Origin: Gemmatimonadota bacterium
Lineage (GTDB): Bacteria; Gemmatimonadota; Gemmatimonadetes; JACCXV01; JAHWKZ01
Assembly (NCBI GenBank): GCA_035687745.1
Contig: DASRVA010000183.1
Coordinates: 1 to 59,872, forward strand
Length of the DNA stretch: 59,872 nucleotides
Reading direction: 5' to 3'
Shown here: one piece after another, positions 1-8,531 of the stretch
How the letters are laid out: every line of letters begins with the position of its first letter
How positions within the stretch are numbered: the first letter of the stretch is position 1
Notes under the pieces: model-generated
Databases searched by the model: none
Told to the model about the DNA's origin: nothing
The model's input: the letters and a program-made list of their open reading frames with translations, nothing else
Program-made: the position numbers and the translations under genes

Positions 1-240
1 GAGCGAGTAGAGGAGCGCCGAGCCGTGCCCGCCCGAGAGGACGAAGCGGTCGCGGTCCGGCCATGACGGATCGCCCGGGTCGTGCTCGAGGTATTTTTGC
101 CACAACACGTAGGCCATGGGCGCCGCGCCCAGCGGGAGCCCCGGATGCCCCGACTCGGCCGCCTGCGGCTGATCGATCGAGAGCGCCCTGAGGGCGTTGA
201 CGCACAGCCGGTCGAGGTCGCCGAACCGCTCTCCGCTCAT
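1..240 (-). CDS. tkt: Transketolase, N-terminal part (runs off the window edge)
   Basis: Manual translation from ATG at 240: [47 protein letters not shown]...[26 protein letters not shown] and [11 protein letters not shown] are transketolase signatures. ATGA overlap with the dipeptidase stop. Not in the ORF track. Confidence 0.93.
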   Translation of the reverse strand, partial: MSGERFGDLDRLCVNALRALSIDQPQAAESGHPGLPLGAAPMAYVLWQKYLEHDPGDPSWPDRDRFVLSGGHGSALLYSL

Positions 241-1565
241 TGCGGGTCTTCCGCCTCCGGCGGGATCTCGGGGGAGATCGTGCCCACGTACGGCTCGCGC
301 TCCTCCCGAAGGCGCTCGGACACGGCCTCGGCCTCGCGCATCACGCGCAGGAAGTTCAGACCCACCAGCTTGCGGATGTCCTCGTCCGAGTAGCCCCGGT
401 CTAGGAGCTCGGCGAGGAGGTCGGGGAAGCGCGACACGTCCTCCAGACCCACCGGGACATGGTCGATCCCATCGTAATCGGACCCCAGGCCGACGTGGTC
501 GATCCCCGCGACGTCGACGATGTGGTCGACGTGGTCGGCCACCTGGGAAAGGGTGGCCCTCGGGGCCGGGTTCTCCTCGAGCCAGGCCTTGAATGCCTCG
601 CGGACTCGCGCCGAATCACCGGAGAACGCGATCCGCAGGCTGTCGATGAGGGCTTCGCCGCGCTCGGTATGGAGACGGGTCTCTTCGTTGATGAAGCCGG
701 GAGAGAAGTTGACCATGACGACGCCGCCGTTCTCGGCGACCACCGGAAGGATCGCGTCGGGGACGTTCCGCGCGTGACCGGCCAGCGCACGCGCCGAAGA
801 GTGGCTGTAGATGACCGGCGCCTCGGTGATACGAAGCGCGTCCATCATCGTCGAGTCGGAGACGTGGCTCAGGTCGACCAGCATCCCGAGCCGGTTCATC
901 TCGCGGACGACATCCTCGCCGAAGGAGGTCAGCCCCTGGTGGAGGGGGCGGTCGGTGGCGGCATCGGCCCACGCGGTGCTCTTCCAGTGGGTCAGCGTCA
1001 TGTACCGGGCTCCGAGGTCGTAGAGCGTCCGCAGGACGTCCAGCGACCCCTCGATCGCATGGCCGCCCTCGACGCCGATCAGCGCCGCGATCCGGCCCCC
1101 CGCATGAGCGCGCTCGATGTCGGCGACCGTGGTGGCGTACACGAAGGTGTCAGGGTAGCGGTCGACCAGGCGGTGGATCAGGTCGATCTGCATGAGCGCG
1201 AACCGTGTGGCACCGGCGGCGATGAGCTCGGAAGGGACGTAGGCGGCGAAGAACTGTGCGCCCACGCGGCCCTGCCTGAGCCGCTCGAGGTCGGTGTGGA
1301 GCCCGGGCTGAGGTTCGGCGATGTCCAGCGAGTCCAAATCGCCGGCGGCCTTCTCGCGGATCTGCCACGGCAGGTCGTTGTGGCCGTCGACCAGCGGGAC
1401 CTCGTCGAGGAGGCGCAAGGCGCGCCCGACCGCCAGGGAGTCCGGGGGCCGGAAGGTGGTCGATGCGGCCGATCCACTTTCCGATTGCCCCGACGCCGGT
1501 GGGAGCGCGAAGAGCAGGCCCGTGATCGCGGCGAGCATGAACGGGGGCAGGGCACGGAGGCGCAC
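237..1565 (-). CDS. Membrane dipeptidase (peptidase M19, renal dipeptidase family), exported
   Basis: Signal peptide, then [30 protein letters not shown] and GLGSDYDG motifs. Confidence 0.92.
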   Translation of the reverse strand: MRLRALPPFMLAAITGLLFALPPASGQSESGSAASTTFRPPDSLAVGRALRLLDEVPLVDGHNDLPWQIREKAAGDLDSLDIAEPQPGLHTDLERLRQGRVGAQFFAAYVPSELIAAGATRFALMQIDLIHRLVDRYPDTFVYATTVADIERAHAGGRIAALIGVEGGHAIEGSLDVLRTLYDLGARYMTLTHWKSTAWADAATDRPLHQGLTSFGEDVVREMNRLGMLVDLSHVSDSTMMDALRITEAPVIYSHSSARALAGHARNVPDAILPVVAENGGVVMVNFSPGFINEETRLHTERGEALIDSLRIAFSGDSARVREAFKAWLEENPAPRATLSQVADHVDHIVDVAGIDHVGLGSDYDGIDHVPVGLEDVSRFPDLLAELLDRGYSDEDIRKLVGLNFLRVMREAEAVSERLREEREPYVGTISPEIPPEAEDPQ

Positions 1566-1675
1566 AACGGGAACCTATCCGGGCGCGGGCCGCACGCAAC
1601 CCGATCCACGTCGATGGTCAACGATCGAGCCCGCCGTCCCCCGAACGGCGCGGAAACGTCCGCCGTCCTCCGGGA

Positions 1676-2773
1676 TCAGCCGTCTTCCACCACGACGATT
1701 CCGGTCATGAAGGGGTGGGGCGTGCAGTGGTAGGCGTACCTCCCCAGCCGGTCGAACCGCCGGGAGAAGCCCTCCCCGTTCTCGAGGAGATCCGAGTCGA
1801 AGGTTCCGTCATCGGCCGTCACCGTGTGCGCCACCGGATCGTCGTTGACCCATTGGACCGTTTGCCCGGGACGCACGCGGATCTCGGCCGGGGCGAAGGC
1901 GAAGTCGAGGATCGTGATGACGCTCTCTCCCGCCACGTCCTCCTGCCCGTGAAAGATGCGCGACCACTGTGAGAAGGTGCCCAGCGGCATCGTGAAGGCG
2001 AAACCGTACCTGAGGTTGGTGTCGCCCTCGGCGTCCTCGAATCCCCGGCTCGCTCCCTCCAGCGTCGTCGCGCCGACGTTCGAGACCACGAAACCGAGGG
2101 TGTGCGGCGACCCGGGGATCGCCATGTGGACTCCCCCGCTCCAGGCGCTGGGAAGCGTGTCGGCGGACACGACCCGCGCCACGTCGCCGCCGACCGCGAG
2201 GCGTGGGGTGAGGTGGAGGAGGAGCCCCGCGCCGAGCGCGGCTTCGGCCTCGTTCGCGCCGTACGCGGACGAGAAGGCCCGCGCGACGCCCAGGAGGGAG
2301 ACCGGTCCGGCCCGCAGGCGTCCGGACAGCTCGCCGTTCACGCTCTCGGTCGCCGTGTTGTAGGCGGCCGTCCCGGCCAGGTCGAGCCGCTCACCGAGAG
2401 CGTATCGCGCCCGAACCCACGGCTCCCACTCGTTCGGGGTCCCCGCCCCCAGCTCCGAGTTGGAAGCGTAGGTCGTACCAAGCGCGAAGCCGGCCGGCAG
2501 CCCTACGGCGAGCACGAACGTCGGGTAGTTCTGGATCTTCTTCTCGTCTTCTCCGATCAGCTCGAACCGGTGGAGGAAGGTGAACTCCGAGGTCCGCGGA
2601 CGGGGGACGGTCGTCCCGCCCAGGTTGGGCGAACGGGTGAGGAGGGACTGGGCGTCGGCCGGGGCCGGCGCGAAGGTGAGCCCGGCCAGGACGGCCAGCC
2701 CAGCCAGGACGGCCAGCAGACCGCGGCGGATCCGCAGTCTGGATCCACCCGCCCTCGGGTGAACCCCCGTCAT
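1676..2773 (-). CDS. Exported putative beta-barrel (DUF5777-like) protein with a C-terminal cupredoxin domain
   Basis: Start taken at ATG 2773 (ATGA overlap with the upstream stop). Signal peptide ending ADA-Q, alternating beta-strand pattern, C-terminal type-1 Cu ligands HTVT...YHCTPHPFM. The barrel family is a guess. Confidence 0.7.
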   Translation of the reverse strand: MTGVHPRAGGSRLRIRRGLLAVLAGLAVLAGLTFAPAPADAQSLLTRSPNLGGTTVPRPRTSEFTFLHRFELIGEDEKKIQNYPTFVLAVGLPAGFALGTTYASNSELGAGTPNEWEPWVRARYALGERLDLAGTAAYNTATESVNGELSGRLRAGPVSLLGVARAFSSAYGANEAEAALGAGLLLHLTPRLAVGGDVARVVSADTLPSAWSGGVHMAIPGSPHTLGFVVSNVGATTLEGASRGFEDAEGDTNLRYGFAFTMPLGTFSQWSRIFHGQEDVAGESVITILDFAFAPAEIRVRPGQTVQWVNDDPVAHTVTADDGTFDSDLLENGEGFSRRFDRLGRYAYHCTPHPFMTGIVVVEDG

Positions 2774-3225
2774 TCGACGGAGACCGAGCCCACCATTCCG
2801 GCCGACCGGTGGGGTTCGCAGAAGTAGGGGAACTCCCCGGCCGTCTGAAAGGTGTGCTCGAGGACGACTCCCTGGGAGCTTCTGCCTGCCTCCTGCCACT
2901 CGTCGTGCCCCTCCGGGGTGACGGTGTGGAAGAGCGAGCCGGCCTGATGCACCCAGCGAACCGTGGTGCCGGGGGCGATCGTCAGCTCGGCCGGATCGAA
3001 CCGGAGGGTCGAGTTGATCAGCTGCACCTCGACCACCATGCCACCCGGCGGCGGGGGAGGATTGGGATTCGGGTTGGGTGGGGGATCCGGTCCGGGACCG
3101 GGACCGGGACCGGGTCCGGGGCCCGTCATTTCGGTCCCGCCGCCGCTACCGCTGCACGCGGCGATGGCGAGAGCCACGACCACCAGCGCGCGTCGCAGGT
3201 CGAAACAAGTAACACGAGAGCTCAT
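2770..3225 (-). CDS. Cupredoxin (plastocyanin/azurin-like) lipoprotein with a Pro/Gly tether
   Basis: ATG 3225 after GGAGAGG. Lipobox IAAC, (GP)n-(PN)n linker, FHTVTP...YFCEPHRSAGM ligands. Confidence 0.88.
   Translation of the reverse strand: MSSRVTCFDLRRALVVVALAIAACSGSGGGTEMTGPGPGPGPGPGPDPPPNPNPNPPPPPGGMVVEVQLINSTLRFDPAELTIAPGTTVRWVHQAGSLFHTVTPEGHDEWQEAGRSSQGVVLEHTFQTAGEFPYFCEPHRSAGMVGSVSVE
3087..3123. repeat. Coding hexamer tandem repeat (CCGGGA/T)n encoding the Pro-Gly linker
   Basis: ccggtccgggaccgggaccgggaccgggtccggggcc inside the cupredoxin gene. Confidence 0.8.
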
Positions 3226-3361
3226 GCCGCACGTACCTCTCCGGGTGAGGGGTCGATGGGAGGGGTACACAGGGAGAACGATTGCAGGGGGGCCTGGATT
3301 GCATCTTGAACAGAATTGCCCGGAATGAACTGTATGTGCCCCGCTTCAAGCGGAGCGGCGG

Positions 3362-4186
3362 TCAGTTCCTGGAAACGAGCGAGCGGAACGCGCCTGGCGT
3401 CATCCCCGTGGCGCGCTTGAAGGTGCGGCTGAAGTGGCTCTGGTCGCTGAAGCCGGCCTCGCGCGCGATCGTGGCGAGCGAGAGATCGGGCCGCGCCAGC
3501 AGCCGGCTCGCCAGCTCGATCCGCAACCCGCGGACGAGCTCGCCGGGGGTGCAGCGGTAGTGGCGCTGGAAGGCTCGGGCGAGAGAGCTGGGATGGACCC
3601 CGACTTCGAGGGCAATATCGGCGATCCGGATCGGCTCGGCAAAGCGGTCGTGGAGGAGCTCGTGGGCCCGCCCCACGAACTCGGGGGCGGTTCCGCTCCG
3701 GAGGCGTCGGGCGACGCCCGAGAGGAGGACGAGCAGGAGGCCCTCGACGACGAGCAGGGACAGGTCGTCGGCGGTCCGCAGCTCTTTGAGCAGACGCGCC
3801 GAGATCCAAGCCCAGCGGCCGGGCGGGAAGACCGCCGTGCCGGAGGGCAGCGTCGCATCCGGGTCGAGGCCCAGCCCGTCCGGATCGAACTCGATCGCCA
3901 GGCAACGTGCGCCCACCCCTGAGAAGCGCTCGGAATGCACGAGCCCGGCCGGATGGAAGAGGGTTTCCGCCGACCGGCATTCGCGCCGCTGACCGCTCCA
4001 GTACTCGGTGTAGCCCCCCGCCAGCACGAAGTTCACGATGGGTCGCTCGTGGGAGTGCTCGGGGATACGGAACCCGCCCGGAAAACGCACCTCGCTGACC
4101 GTGAATCGGTCAGAACGTCGGCGGCGAAGGGTCTCGCCGTAGAAGCGACCTGTGGAAAGCCTGGCGGTCATGCTGCGCTCCGTCAC
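3362..4186 (-). CDS. AraC family transcriptional regulator (cupin-like sensor plus HTH)
   Basis: IPEHSHE cupin motif and C-terminal AGFSDQSHFSRTFKRATGMTPGAFR. Alternative start ATG 4171. Confidence 0.93.
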   Translation of the reverse strand: MTERSMTARLSTGRFYGETLRRRRSDRFTVSEVRFPGGFRIPEHSHERPIVNFVLAGGYTEYWSGQRRECRSAETLFHPAGLVHSERFSGVGARCLAIEFDPDGLGLDPDATLPSGTAVFPPGRWAWISARLLKELRTADDLSLLVVEGLLLVLLSGVARRLRSGTAPEFVGRAHELLHDRFAEPIRIADIALEVGVHPSSLARAFQRHYRCTPGELVRGLRIELASRLLARPDLSLATIAREAGFSDQSHFSRTFKRATGMTPGAFRSLVSRN

Positions 4187-4262
4187 TCCCTCGGGGGTCG
4201 GGCCTCTGCCGTCCCCTGGCGGTCGACCGGGGTCCGGAGCGACCCCGGTCCGTGGGTCCGGA

Positions 4263-4628
4263 TCAGGCGGCCACGACGATGATGATGATCAAGAGCAGGA
4301 TGATGATGACGACCGTCGCCGAGAGGCGGATTTCGCCCTGCGCGGCCCCCAGCTCGCGATCGATGGCCCGCGCCTGGTCCGCGGCGCGCGAGAGCCGCTC
4401 GCCGTCGAGGGCCAGGAGCCCCCGCTCCGCGTCGCTCAGATCGACGCCGGATGTCCGCGCCACCTTCTGGACCTCCTCGCGCCCCAGGAAGTCCCGCACC
4501 GCCTGCCGGTCGGCCGTCTGCGGATCGGGCTGAGCGACCTGAACGGATTCATGCTGAGCGAGCGCCGTTCCGGTCCCGCCGGCGACAAGCACCAGCGTGA
4601 TCGTCACGGCCCACGACAGTCGTCGCAT
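4263..4628 (-). CDS. PA2779-family-like exported protein with a C-terminal hydrophobic helix
   Basis: ATG 4628 after AGGAGG. Signal peptide, VRDFLGREEV...GVD motif, C-terminal VVIIILLLIIIIVV. Confidence 0.7.
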   Translation of the reverse strand: MRRLSWAVTITLVLVAGGTGTALAQHESVQVAQPDPQTADRQAVRDFLGREEVQKVARTSGVDLSDAERGLLALDGERLSRAADQARAIDRELGAAQGEIRLSATVVIIILLLIIIIVVAA

Positions 4629-4675
4629 CGTGCCACCTCCTGGGGGTTGGGGGCGTCTCGTTCGTCGGTCGTTCG

Positions 4676-4705
4676 AGTCTATGCCCCGCCCCGAGGCAGG
4701 GTCAA
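4676..4705 (-). promoter_or_regulatory. Sigma70-like promoter TTGACC-N18-TAGACT
   Basis: Read directly, 47 nt upstream of ATG 4628. Confidence 0.55.
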
Positions 4706-4738
4706 TGGGACCTCCGGCCGGCGCCACCATGGACCAGG

Positions 4739-5116
4739 TTACGATTGGAGCAGAACGATGAGAAGGATGGTGAGGACGAGGAGGATGATGAGCGTCGTGG
4801 AGGAGATGTACCCGTCGATGGCCAGCCGCCGTTCCACCTCCCGGGCCTGGCCGGCCGCCCGTGCCAGGGGTTCACCCTCGAGGAGTTGGACACGGCCGCG
4901 GGCGGCGTCCAGGTCGAGACCGGCCGTGTCCGCCACCCGTCGCACCTCGGCGCGGTCGAGGGCGGCCAGGATAGCCTGGCGCTGGGCGTCCTCCGAGGCA
5001 GCGACGACCGTGGTCGGCTCGTCGACGACGACCGCCTGGGCCTCCACCCGCGACGGGAGGATCAAGAGAGTTCCCAGCAGGAGCAGGGCCGGAGCGAAGC
5101 AAACCGGACGGACCAT
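4739..5116 (-). CDS. PA2779-family-like protein, tandem paralog
   Basis: ILAALDRAEVRRVADTAGLDL...LARAAGQAREVERRL...LIILLVLTILLIVLL parallels the neighbouring gene. Confidence 0.7.
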   Translation of the reverse strand: MVRPVCFAPALLLLGTLLILPSRVEAQAVVVDEPTTVVAASEDAQRQAILAALDRAEVRRVADTAGLDLDAARGRVQLLEGEPLARAAGQAREVERRLAIDGYISSTTLIILLVLTILLIVLLQS

Positions 5117-5123
5117 GGCCGGC

Positions 5124-5153
5124 AGTCTAGACCTGGAGCGGCGGCCGAAGCAA
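5124..5153 (-). promoter_or_regulatory. Sigma70-like promoter TTGCTT-N18-TAGACT (probably leaderless mRNA)
   Basis: The -10 hexamer ends 7 nt before ATG 5116. Confidence 0.4.
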
Positions 5154-5158
5154 GGGCC

Positions 5159-5623
5159 TCAGGAGCCCGCCAGCCGGCGAACGATCTCGTACTCGGCGGG
5201 TTCGACCCGCGTGATCGAGAGCCGGTTCCCGCGCTTGAGGACGGACATTTTCTCGAGACCCCGGGCCACCTTCATCCGCTCGCGGGTGACCGGTTCGGCG
5301 AAGGTCTTCACGTGACGCAGGTCCACGCACCACCAGGTGGGGTTCTGGGGATCCGAGTCGGGATCGTAATAATGATGATCCTTCTCGAATTGCTTGGAAT
5401 CGGGGTGTGCCTCCGAAGCCACCTCTGCGAGCCCGTAGACCCCCAGGGGATCGGCGTTCGAGTGGTAGAACAGGACTCCGTCGCCGACGCGCATCGTGTC
5501 CCGCATGTAGTTTCGCGCCTTGTAGTTGCGAACCCCCCACCATTCCGTCGAGCCGTCCCGCTCCAGATCGTCGATCGAGTACGTGGAGGGTTCCGACTTG
5601 ACGAGCCAGAAGCGATCGGCCAT
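5159..5623 (-). CDS. EVE domain protein (THYN1-like)
   Basis: FWLVKSEPSTYSIDDL...WWGVRNYKARNYMR...GDGVLFYHSN...RGNRLSITRV. Confidence 0.93.
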   Translation of the reverse strand: MADRFWLVKSEPSTYSIDDLERDGSTEWWGVRNYKARNYMRDTMRVGDGVLFYHSNADPLGVYGLAEVASEAHPDSKQFEKDHHYYDPDSDPQNPTWWCVDLRHVKTFAEPVTRERMKVARGLEKMSVLKRGNRLSITRVEPAEYEIVRRLAGS

Positions 5624-5626
5624 GGG

Positions 5627-6184
5627 CTAGATGGCGCCGCCCCGGACCGGCCGGGAGGCCCGCAGCTCGTCGACGGCTTGCTTCAGGTCCGACTGAGCCC
5701 GCCGTAGCTCCAGGAGGGCCACGATACGGCGGCTCAGGGCATGGAGGGCCTTCGACTGCTGGGCGGTGAGAAAGCGCGGCTGGCGATCGATCACGCAGAC
5801 CGTGCCGAGTGCGAAGCCGTTGGACGTGATGAGGGGCGCGCCGGCGTAGGAACGGATGTTCGGGTCCCCGACCACGAGCGGGTTATCCGCGAAGCGCTCA
5901 TCCAGAGCGGTATCGGGGACCAGGAACAGGTCCGTTCCGAGGATCGCGTGCCCACAGAACGAAACCTCGCGGGACGTTTGCGTCAGAGCCGTCCCAGTGC
6001 GGCCTTTCAGCCACTGGTGATCCTCGTCGACCAGCGTGACCAGGGCGATCGGCGTGTCGCAGATCTCCGCGGCCAGCAGGGCGAGATCGTCGAAGTCCGG
6101 GTCCGGGACCGGCTCGATGGGCCCGTAGCTGCGGAGCGCTTCGAGCCGGTCGGCCTCGTTGGATGGAAGAGCGGGTGCCAGCAT
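5627..6184 (-). CDS. Stand-alone GAF domain protein
   Basis: E..RLEALR, FDDL..LAA.IC.TPIALVTLVD, SFCGHAI, RFADNP, YAGAPL, LGTVCVID; ends in a short coiled coil with no output domain. Confidence 0.88.
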   Translation of the reverse strand: MLAPALPSNEADRLEALRSYGPIEPVPDPDFDDLALLAAEICDTPIALVTLVDEDHQWLKGRTGTALTQTSREVSFCGHAILGTDLFLVPDTALDERFADNPLVVGDPNIRSYAGAPLITSNGFALGTVCVIDRQPRFLTAQQSKALHALSRRIVALLELRRAQSDLKQAVDELRASRPVRGGAI

Positions 6185-6277
6185 GCGAGCAGACCTCCCG
6201 GGAGTCGAATGGGTGAGGAGGTCATTCGAGCGTACTGCGGATGCGAGGAGCGCGTCAAGAAGAGAGCAGAGCCCTCT

Positions 6278-6508
6278 TCACCCCAGGCTGCGTTGGACGT
6301 CACCGTGCCCGGCTGGCGCCGGCTCGATCGCGGGTGGTGGGGTCCGTGTCGATGGCCGGTCCTCGATCCCGTTTCGCCCCGGTTCACACGGCGCGGAAAC
6401 CCCGGCGGCGATCCACGCGCGGACACGCTGCCGCAGGACCGGGGTCAGGCAATTCGGGACCTCCCGCGGATTCAGGTCCACCGTGCGGGGAAACACGGGA
6501 GCCGCCAT
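6278..6508 (-). CDS. Possible small hypothetical protein (76 aa)
   Basis: ATG 2 nt after the stop at 6511; fills the gap to the GAF gene; no motif recognised. Confidence 0.25.
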   Translation of the reverse strand: MAAPVFPRTVDLNPREVPNCLTPVLRQRVRAWIAAGVSAPCEPGRNGIEDRPSTRTPPPAIEPAPAGHGDVQRSLG

Positions 6509-6510
6509 GG

Positions 6511-7383
6511 TCAGCGCACCTTGACGACGTAGTAGTCGAAGGGCCCCGCGACCTCCTGGAACCAGTGCGGCGTCCCGTTGGGGACGACAACCACGTCCCC
6601 CGGCACGAGCCGGCGCGTGGCACCATCCTCGATCGAGGCCCCCCGGATCTCGTTGGCGGCGGTCGTCGTGCCGTCCACGACGCTGCCCCCCGTCACGAAA
6701 GTGGCCTCGCCTTTCAGGACGTAGATGATGTCGGTGTCGAGGGCGTGGACCTCGGCCATCCCCGCGCTGTCCCGATGGCTCGCGTGGACCATGTAGCGGC
6801 CGCTGTCGAGCAGAACAGCTCCCTTCGCGAAGGCGGCCGAGACGGCGTCCCTTCCGATGTAGGTGACCTCCCCCGTCGAGGAGGCGGCGGTCGTGAGCGA
6901 TCCCAGAGCCTGGGCTCCGGCGATCGCCAGCTCCTCGTCCTGCTGCGCACTCGCCGCGCCGCTCACGCCGACACCGCCCACGATCTCGCCGTCCACGACG
7001 ACGGGTACCCCGCCCTGGAGGGGAGTGAAGAACGCGTCGGGGAGGGCCACCATGGGCGTCCGGCCGTTTCTGATGATCTCCTCGAAGACCGAGGTGGGCC
7101 GCTTGAAGAGCACGGCCGTCCGCGCCTTGCCAATCGAGATCGTAGCGCCGGCCGCGAAGGTGCCGTCCAGCCGTTCGAGGGCGATCAGGTTGCCGCCGTC
7201 GTCGACGACGGCGATCACACCGCCCGGCGCTCCCTTGGCCTCTGCCGCGGCCCGTGCCGCAGCGATCACCTGCCGGGCCCCGTCCAGGGTGAGCGAGCGC
7301 TTGGTGACGACCTGCGACCAGGCGGGGTTCGCAACCCCGGTCAGGAGCAGGGCGACCGTGATGATCCTGTGCGATCTCATCAT
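6511..7383 (-). CDS. GlcG/HbpS-like heme-binding protein fused to a C-terminal cupin domain, exported
   Basis: ATG 7383 after GGAGG. Signal peptide, IAVVDDGGNLIALERLDG...KARTA...GGVP...GGVGVSG, then VHALDTDIIYVLKG...GDVVVVPNGTPHWF cupin. Confidence 0.85.
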   Translation of the reverse strand: MMRSHRIITVALLLTGVANPAWSQVVTKRSLTLDGARQVIAAARAAAEAKGAPGGVIAVVDDGGNLIALERLDGTFAAGATISIGKARTAVLFKRPTSVFEEIIRNGRTPMVALPDAFFTPLQGGVPVVVDGEIVGGVGVSGAASAQQDEELAIAGAQALGSLTTAASSTGEVTYIGRDAVSAAFAKGAVLLDSGRYMVHASHRDSAGMAEVHALDTDIIYVLKGEATFVTGGSVVDGTTTAANEIRGASIEDGATRRLVPGDVVVVPNGTPHWFQEVAGPFDYYVVKVR

Positions 7384-7472
7384 CCGTTCCTCCGTGAGGC
7401 ATCGTGTCGTCGCGCAGAGGGCGCGATGGGGCGGTCGCGGAGTGCCGCGAACCGGCAACCCGCTGTCGGAGG

Positions 7473-8108
7473 CTAGAATGACGGCTGGGCGAGCGAGGGT
7501 TCCGAGAGCACCGCCGGAACAAGGCCGTGGTCCACGGCGATTCCCCACAGCTCGCGCTGGAGCAGCGCGCGCGCCCGGTGGAGCCGTGAGCGTACCGTCC
7601 CCACCGGACAGCCGAGCATCGAGGCGATCTCGGCGTACGAGAGATCCTCGACGAAGTAGAGCGTCGCTACCGCGCGGTACTGGAGCGGCAGCGCGAGGAT
7701 GGCGGAGCTCACCTTCTCGGCGTCGAGGCGACTGAGAAACGTGCGCGCAGGGTCAGGATCGTCCTTGTGCATTCCGGCCTCAGCGGTCCGGCCGTAGAGA
7801 TAAAGCTCGGGCGTGTCGTCGATCGACACGGTGGATGCCGCCCTCTTGTTCTTGCGGCAGCGCATGAGGAAGGCGTTGGTGAGGATCTTGAGAAACCACG
7901 CCTTGAAGTTGGATCCCGGCTGGAAGCCATCGAAGCCGCGGAAGGCCAGCAGCGCGGCCTCCTGGACGACGTCCTCGGCGTCGATCGGGTCGCGCGTCAG
8001 GTGAAGGGCGGCCGAGTAGGCGCGCGGAAGGACCTGGTCCAGCAGGGTCTCGAAGGTGCGCCGTTCCGCCGGAGTCAGCGCGCGTCGGGAGCGGGCCGCG
8101 GTCGTCAT
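7473..8108 (-). CDS. ECF RNA polymerase sigma factor (SigH/SigR-like)
   Basis: ATG 8108 (ATGA overlap with the STAS stop). DAEDVVQEA...FQPGSNFKAWFLKILTN (region 2), LSYAEIASMLGCPVGTVRSRLHRAR (region 4). Confidence 0.95.
   Translation of the reverse strand: MTTAARSRRALTPAERRTFETLLDQVLPRAYSAALHLTRDPIDAEDVVQEAALLAFRGFDGFQPGSNFKAWFLKILTNAFLMRCRKNKRAASTVSIDDTPELYLYGRTAEAGMHKDDPDPARTFLSRLDAEKVSSAILALPLQYRAVATLYFVEDLSYAEIASMLGCPVGTVRSRLHRARALLQRELWGIAVDHGLVPAVLSEPSLAQPSF
7477..7503 (-). promoter_or_regulatory. ECF-type promoter GGAACC-N17-CATT, inside the 3' end of the sigma gene, upstream of the heme-binding gene
   Basis: GGAACC ctcgctcgcccagccgt CATT on the minus strand. Confidence 0.65.
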
Positions 8109-8374
8109 CGGGGGTCTCCGTCGGCGAGGATCTCCCGAAGGAGCGGGGAGCACCCCGAGATCTCGAGTCCCTGCTGCTGGAGCGCCTTGAGGAGCCGGAT
8201 GGCCGAGCGATCCACATAGCGCACGCCGGCGAGGTCCAGGCGCACGCTCGAGCCGCCGCCCTGGATCGCCCAGCACTCGCGCTCGAGGAGGAGCGTGTCC
8301 TCGCCGACGATCCGTCCCTCGACCTGGAGGGCAACCCGGTTGTCCTGGCTGGCGATGGGGGTGATGCGGAGCAT
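8105..8374 (-). CDS. Small STAS-domain protein
   Basis: ATG 8374 after GAAAGGAG. VALQVEGRIVG...VRLDLAGVRYVDRSAIRLL STAS pattern. Confidence 0.75.
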   Translation of the reverse strand: MLRITPIASQDNRVALQVEGRIVGEDTLLLERECWAIQGGGSSVRLDLAGVRYVDRSAIRLLKALQQQGLEISGCSPLLREILADGDPR

Positions 8375-8429
8375 GTGGCTCGGGCTCTCCTTTCGTCTCC
8401 GCCGTGTCGCGGGGCCGGCCTTCACTAAG

Positions 8430-8444
8430 GCAGCCCGCGTGCCA
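8430..8444 (-). promoter_or_regulatory. Sigma54 -24/-12 promoter for the STAS-ECF operon
   Basis: TGGCACGCGGGCTGC: GG-N10-GC with an exact TGGCACG -24 box, 55 nt upstream of ATG 8374, just downstream of an enhancer-binding protein gene. Confidence 0.8.
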
Positions 8445-8463
8445 GAGCCCGGGTGGGGTCCGT

Positions 8464-8488
8464 AATGGCCTTTCCTGCAAAGGGTTAC
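8464..8488 (-). promoter_or_regulatory. Degenerate ECF-type promoter GTAACC-N15-CATT (possible autoregulation)
   Basis: One mismatch and a shorter spacer than the 7-site motif. Confidence 0.3.
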
Positions 8489-8531
8489 GACTGGAGGGTG
8501 GGGGACGGACGGGTGTGGCTCGCAGGTCAGG

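Noticed and set aside
3049-3123. Tandem repeats as a possible array or phase-variable locus
   Set aside because: In-frame hexamers with wobble variation encoding a Pro/Gly/Asn linker; no spacers and no frameshift potential.
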